A stretch of DNA of 64,000 nt from Eledone cirrhosa. Lineage: Eukaryota. The stretch lies in assembly GCA_964016885.1 (NCBI GenBank), contig CAXHJY010001071.1, positions 1 to 64,000 on the forward strand. Reading direction: 5' to 3'. The notes under the pieces were generated by a model that saw only the letters and a list, made by a program, of their open reading frames with translations, was not told where the DNA came from and did no database searches. Shown here in pieces: positions 58,976 to 64,000 of this stretch. The position numbers and the translations under genes are program-made. Numbering within the stretch: position 1 is the first letter of the stretch; each line of letters opens with the position of its first letter.

Positions 58976-59094
58976 CGAGGATTTTTAGCATCGAAAGAGC
59001 GTTGGCCAACATGCTTTCTGCATATAATTATGTCCATTTACGTTCAAAGTTCAAATAATGGCAATGTGAACGTTCATCCTTACATGGTGTTTAA

Positions 59095-59830
59095 ATAAAG
59101 TACCAGTAACGCTCTGAGGTCAATTTAATCGACTCACCCCTCATCCCATTGTTGGTCTTGTGGTGGTTTGGCAGTATCGGTAGAGGGTCAGACATGCTTT
59201 CTAGCGTAGTTACGTCCCTTTACAATCTGAGTTCAAATCCAGCCGAAGTTAACTTTGCCTTTTATCCTTATGAGGTCGATCAAATGAAGTACCAGTCACG
59301 AACTGGGGTAGATTTAATCGGCTTTACCCTCCCCAAAGTTCTAATTCCACCAAGGTTAGCTGTGCCTTTCATCCTTACTGGGTCGATAACAGAAAGTACC
59401 AATGATGTACTGGGATCGATTTAATCAGTTTTTCCCCTCCCCGAAATATTGCTGGCCTTGTGCCTATTGTATAAATCATCATTGTTATTATAATAACTAT
59501 TATTATTAGTAGTACTAGTATTAGTAGTAGTATCCTCATTATTATTATATACGGGGTCGATAAAATAAAGTACCAGTAATGCACTGGGTAATTGCTGGCC
59601 TTGTGCCTAAAGTAGAAACAATTATTATATATGGTGGATTAGCAGAATTGGGGGATTATCGCATAAAATACAACTGTGTTATTTGATCCGACACTTTTTC
59701 AGTTCAAACACTACCGACGTCAAATTTGACTTTCATCCATTCACATGCAATAAAATAATGTTCCATTTAAATATTGTGATCAATATAATCGAATTTCCCC
59801 TTTCACATCTTTTTTGGCCTTGTGCCAAAT
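59095..59830 (+). mobile_element. Cluster of nested/partial SINE copies
   Basis: Repeated aaagtaccagt / gctggccttgtgcc / gagttcaaa segments. Confidence 0.8.
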
Positions 59831-61234
59831 TTAAAAAAGAAACATTAATGTTGTGGAATGGTAGAATTCCTAAAGCGTTGGATAAAATTCTGTTGCCATG
59901 ACTGATTCAGCTTGTTCTATTCTCATTTAAAATTCACACCGAGATGAGCTTTGATTTTCCTCCTTCCAGCGTCGATAGAATAAAATATCAGTCAATAACT
60001 GAAGTATTAAGATTGGTGGATTAACAACAATATTAAAGCATTAAATATAATGTACAATATCATTTATTTACTGCCTTTTACGTCTAGACATCAAATCTCT
60101 CCGATTATCAATGTACGCTTCTACCTTCCAGAAACGATAAAATCAAGCACGAGACAGTTACTTTAGTTGATTTAATCAACGTTGTCCTTCTTGCGTGCTA
60201 TTTACGACATTACCCTAAGCATAACAGTAAGTGTAAGAAAGGGAGAAACATTACCTTTCTCTCATTTAATGGTCTGAACTTATTGAAGAATATGTACTAA
60301 CACTATGCTGAATATTAATTTCCTGAATTTGGTTATGTATTTATCTGTGTGATTTTTTTTATCACTCCCAGAGCACCTATAGAGATTTTTTCTGTTTTTC
60401 TCAATCTATATTCAAGGCATTTCTATCTCTAGATATGGATATTTGGATATGCTCTCCATTTCTTGGGTAAATATATTGTCGCCTGTGGGATAGATACATA
60501 AATTAGAAGATATTTTTTTCTTTGTTTTCTTTGACAATAATAACCGGTCGGCTGGCTTTGGATTTCCTGTATCTGTGTATCGGCATAACCCAGAATTTAA
60601 TTGTTTGTCATTTTCAGACAGATTTTCTGAGGTCGGTTTGTTCCATCTTTTTTCCTGTTGGTATTTCGTATTGTTGGCATATCTTCGTGTTTATGAAAAT
60701 TCCAACTCTGCTATATCTGTGAAGATTTTTTTTTGGGGGGGCGGGCTTGAGAGACCAAGATAATGAAGTGAACCTTTTCCTTATCCATCACCACATATTA
60801 TGCAGTTACTTAGTGATTATAATTATTATTATGTCGTCCCTTGTGACAAATAGATGAATTATTATTAGTATTATTATTATTATTAAGCAGAATAATTAGC
60901 ATCATTTGTATATAATTTGCTTCTCTCTTAAGGCATGACAATTGTAAATGACACTATATCAAATATTAGTCAGCCATCTTAATTCGGTTTTGTACTAATT
61001 ATATTTATTCCAACAGCAACACTAGTTGCTGCTTATTCTTTACTAATAGAGAAACAGATAGGCCGAGAGTCAGTGAGACAAATAGGCAGATAGTTAGGCA
61101 CACAGCGAACATATAAACAGATATAGGGACAAACGGACGGACAGACACAGGGAGAGACACATATAAAAGAGACAATGATGCAAACAGACAGAAATACAAA
61201 CGAACAGACAGACAGACAAATAGACAGAGAGAGT

Positions 61235-61335
<101 letters not shown>

Positions 61336-61610
61336 TGAGAGAGAGTGGGGTATTTTCACATAATATCTAAGAGACTGATATTAGACAGATAGAGTCAGAT
61401 AATTAATTCACGCGTACATCTCAGACTTATGTTGTTTATTAATGTAATAGCCATTGTGTCCTATGAGCAAATCAAACGTATATTTGCGGTGCATGTGACT
61501 GAAATATTATAGAAGTGGTTATGCCTGGTTCAGGGTGATTCATTTTCCAAACGTATGGTACACTTTATTGTGAATGAAGTATGTTGAATGGAAACTTTGA
61601 TTTCACTTTT

Positions 61611-61906
<296 letters not shown>

Positions 61907-61992
61907 AACAAAAGATGGTTAAATGAGTTCCATGTATTTTATTATGCGCATTATCTGCATTGCTTTATTGTACTACAATAAAACTCACCTCC

Positions 61993-62052
<60 letters not shown>

Positions 62053-62116
62053 TATGTTTACGTACATACATATATGTATACAGACGTACAGTAGTATGTA
62101 TATATATATATATATA

Positions 62117-63230
62117 CCCTGAAATATGCAGATGACATCAAGCTGTACCTTGAAATCAAAAGGAGTGATCCTGAAATGTACAACTCTTTCCTACAATCAG
62201 ACCTGGAGAAAATGCAGCAATGGATCACAGATTGGCAACTGAAGCTGGCTGTGGACAAGTGTACCACCATGCATTTTGGAAGGAAAAATCCAGCGTCCAC
62301 ATACTCCCTCCACAACACTGATATCAAGAAGTCCCCTTGTGAACGTGACCTGGGCATTACTGTAAGCAGCGATTTGCGTTGGACAAAGCTTGTCTCTAAG
62401 ATTGTCAAGAAGGCCGAGGGTGTCTTGGCATCACTCAGCAAGACCTTTGTTAGCCGCTCTCCAGCCATCTATTTAAAACTGTATACAGCTATGGTACGAC
62501 CACACTTGGAATTCGCATCATCAGTCTGGAACCCCTAACTTGCTTAGAACATTGACCTCCTGGAAACTGTTCAGAGACGTGCAACCAAGCGCATACCCTC
62601 CATCAGACACCTACCATACTCTGAACGCCTTGCTTTCCTGGGCATGGATTAATTGAATCTCCGACGTCTGGCAATGGACTTGGTGAATACCCACAAAGTT
62701 ATTAACCATCTCGCCAATTTCAACCCTGATCACCTTTTTGATCTCCATGTGTCTAACACACGTGGACATGCCTACAAAATCAGAAAACAGCACGGCTCCC
62801 ATGACTTTCGTAGACATTTTTTTCACGCTCAGAGTTGCTGAAGCATGGAACAAACTGCCTGCGTCAGTTGTTAGCTGCCGAGACACTGCATCCTTTAAGA
62901 CACTCATGCTTCCCGAAATACGCCAAAACTACACCTGATGTACGCATTCCATACACATGCACACATGTGTGTATCATGACTCCTGCACTGTTCATTTTAC
63001 TGATGTTTGTGCATTGCTATATGTACTGCATATGCACCTTTTGATGAGTTGGGGTGCACCTGGGCACTGTACACAATATTTCATTATTATAATTATTATT
63101 ATTATTATATCATGACTCATACAAAGTTCATTTTCCTGACATTTGTACATTATTCTACGTACTATACATGCACCTTTGATGAGTTGTAGTGCACCTGAGC
63201 ACTGTACACAATAATTTCTTTATTATTATA
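62117..63230 (+). mobile_element. 5'-truncated CR1-group LINE (RT C-terminus + 3' UTR with local duplication)
   Basis: [15 protein letters not shown]...WQL, ERDLGI, VRPHLEFASSVWNP, VQRRATK; contains in-frame stops. Confidence 0.92.
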
Positions 63231-63616
63231 TTATATATATACACGTACACATATATATATATGTACGTATGGATTCACCGAACATTTATTATAATGCTCT
63301 GTGGGTTTGTAAACAAACATCCCGAATTAAGCCGTACAGTGTCTGGCAACCATCGTTGCTCATTTGTTCAACCCTGACAAAGGAACGCTGTACTAGTTTC
63401 AAGCTTATTAGCTATCGTCAGCGACGTATACCTTCCTGCCAGATGATTGAACGTCACTTTCTAATATATATATATATGTATTAGAAAGTGAGGTATTTTT
63501 ACAAAATGAAAAATAACCGAGGTGTCCTACACGAGTGAAAGTATAAAGAAAAAAAGATGAAATCGAAAATGCAACTGGAGTCTTATTTGAAAACAAATAT
63601 ATGTATTTATTTGGTT

Positions 63617-63654
63617 CCTTTACCGGTTTCGCAGTTCTTCTGCTTTTCAAAAGT
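63617..63654 (-). ncRNA. Minimal type I HHR, U3:A8 core (in pLTR fragment 63478-63682)
   Basis: CTT-TTGAAAA-GCAG-aagaa-CTGC-GAA-ACCGGT-A-AAG. Confidence 0.72.
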
Positions 63655-63735
63655 TGAGTTGAGATGGAGGGTCTGTGGTTTTTCTCACATTTTCTCTCTC
63701 TCTCACTCTATCTCTCTCTGTATATATATATATAT

Positions 63736-63770
<35 letters not shown>

Positions 63771-64000
63771 TTATTTTAGGAGGTTCTTGCGTCTTCCACA
63801 CACAGAGACACACATGTAAGCGTATATATGGCATGGTTCCCTAACTCCCGACAGAGTCGTAAGGGTACCGTAGTGGCATACGGTGTTTATTGGGCATTTA
63901 AAACCTGGCCGAGCCCATCTTCTCTTCATGCCTAAGTAGAGCAGAGTTCTTCCAAAGAGAAATAGAAAGTGAGAGTGACGAAATGAGAACGAGATATAGA

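Noticed and set aside
57976-59098. Hydrophobic Val/Cys/Leu-rich ORFs resembling membrane or metallothionein proteins
   Set aside because: Degenerate (GTT)n tract open in several frames; a mucin-like minus-strand exon is not supported by any other evidence.

Overview
Non-genic, very AT-rich eukaryotic DNA dense in (TA)n/(CA)n/(GA)n microsatellites. Composition and the dominant SINE resemble an octopus/coleoid genome (inference). No host gene was found, and nearly all ORF-track entries are microsatellite artefacts. The window is dominated by Penelope-like retroelements (PLEs) inserted into (TA)n tracts: two near-full-length Naiad-like copies (6.4-12.3 kb and 44.6-49.9 kb), four truncated GIY-YIG-bearing PLEs, and many short palindromic PLE termini. 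It also holds tRNA-derived SINEs with TSDs and two CR1-type LINE 3' fragments. Two things stand out. (1) The Naiad-like element is built like gag-pol: a ~436-aa coiled-coil/basic ORF1 overlaps an ATG-less RT-GIY-YIG ORF2 in the -1 frame at a U_UUU_UUA slippery heptamer, and both copies share one in-frame TAG. (2) About 20 type I hammerhead-ribozyme (HHR) motifs can be read by eye. Several sit in ORF-less retrozyme-like tandems (304, 432, 591, 684 bp), several carry a compensatory U3:A8 core, and several have large branched stem II inserts; some element 5' ends fall at the predicted cleavage site. Folds and family assignments were made by eye, and element boundaries are approximate.
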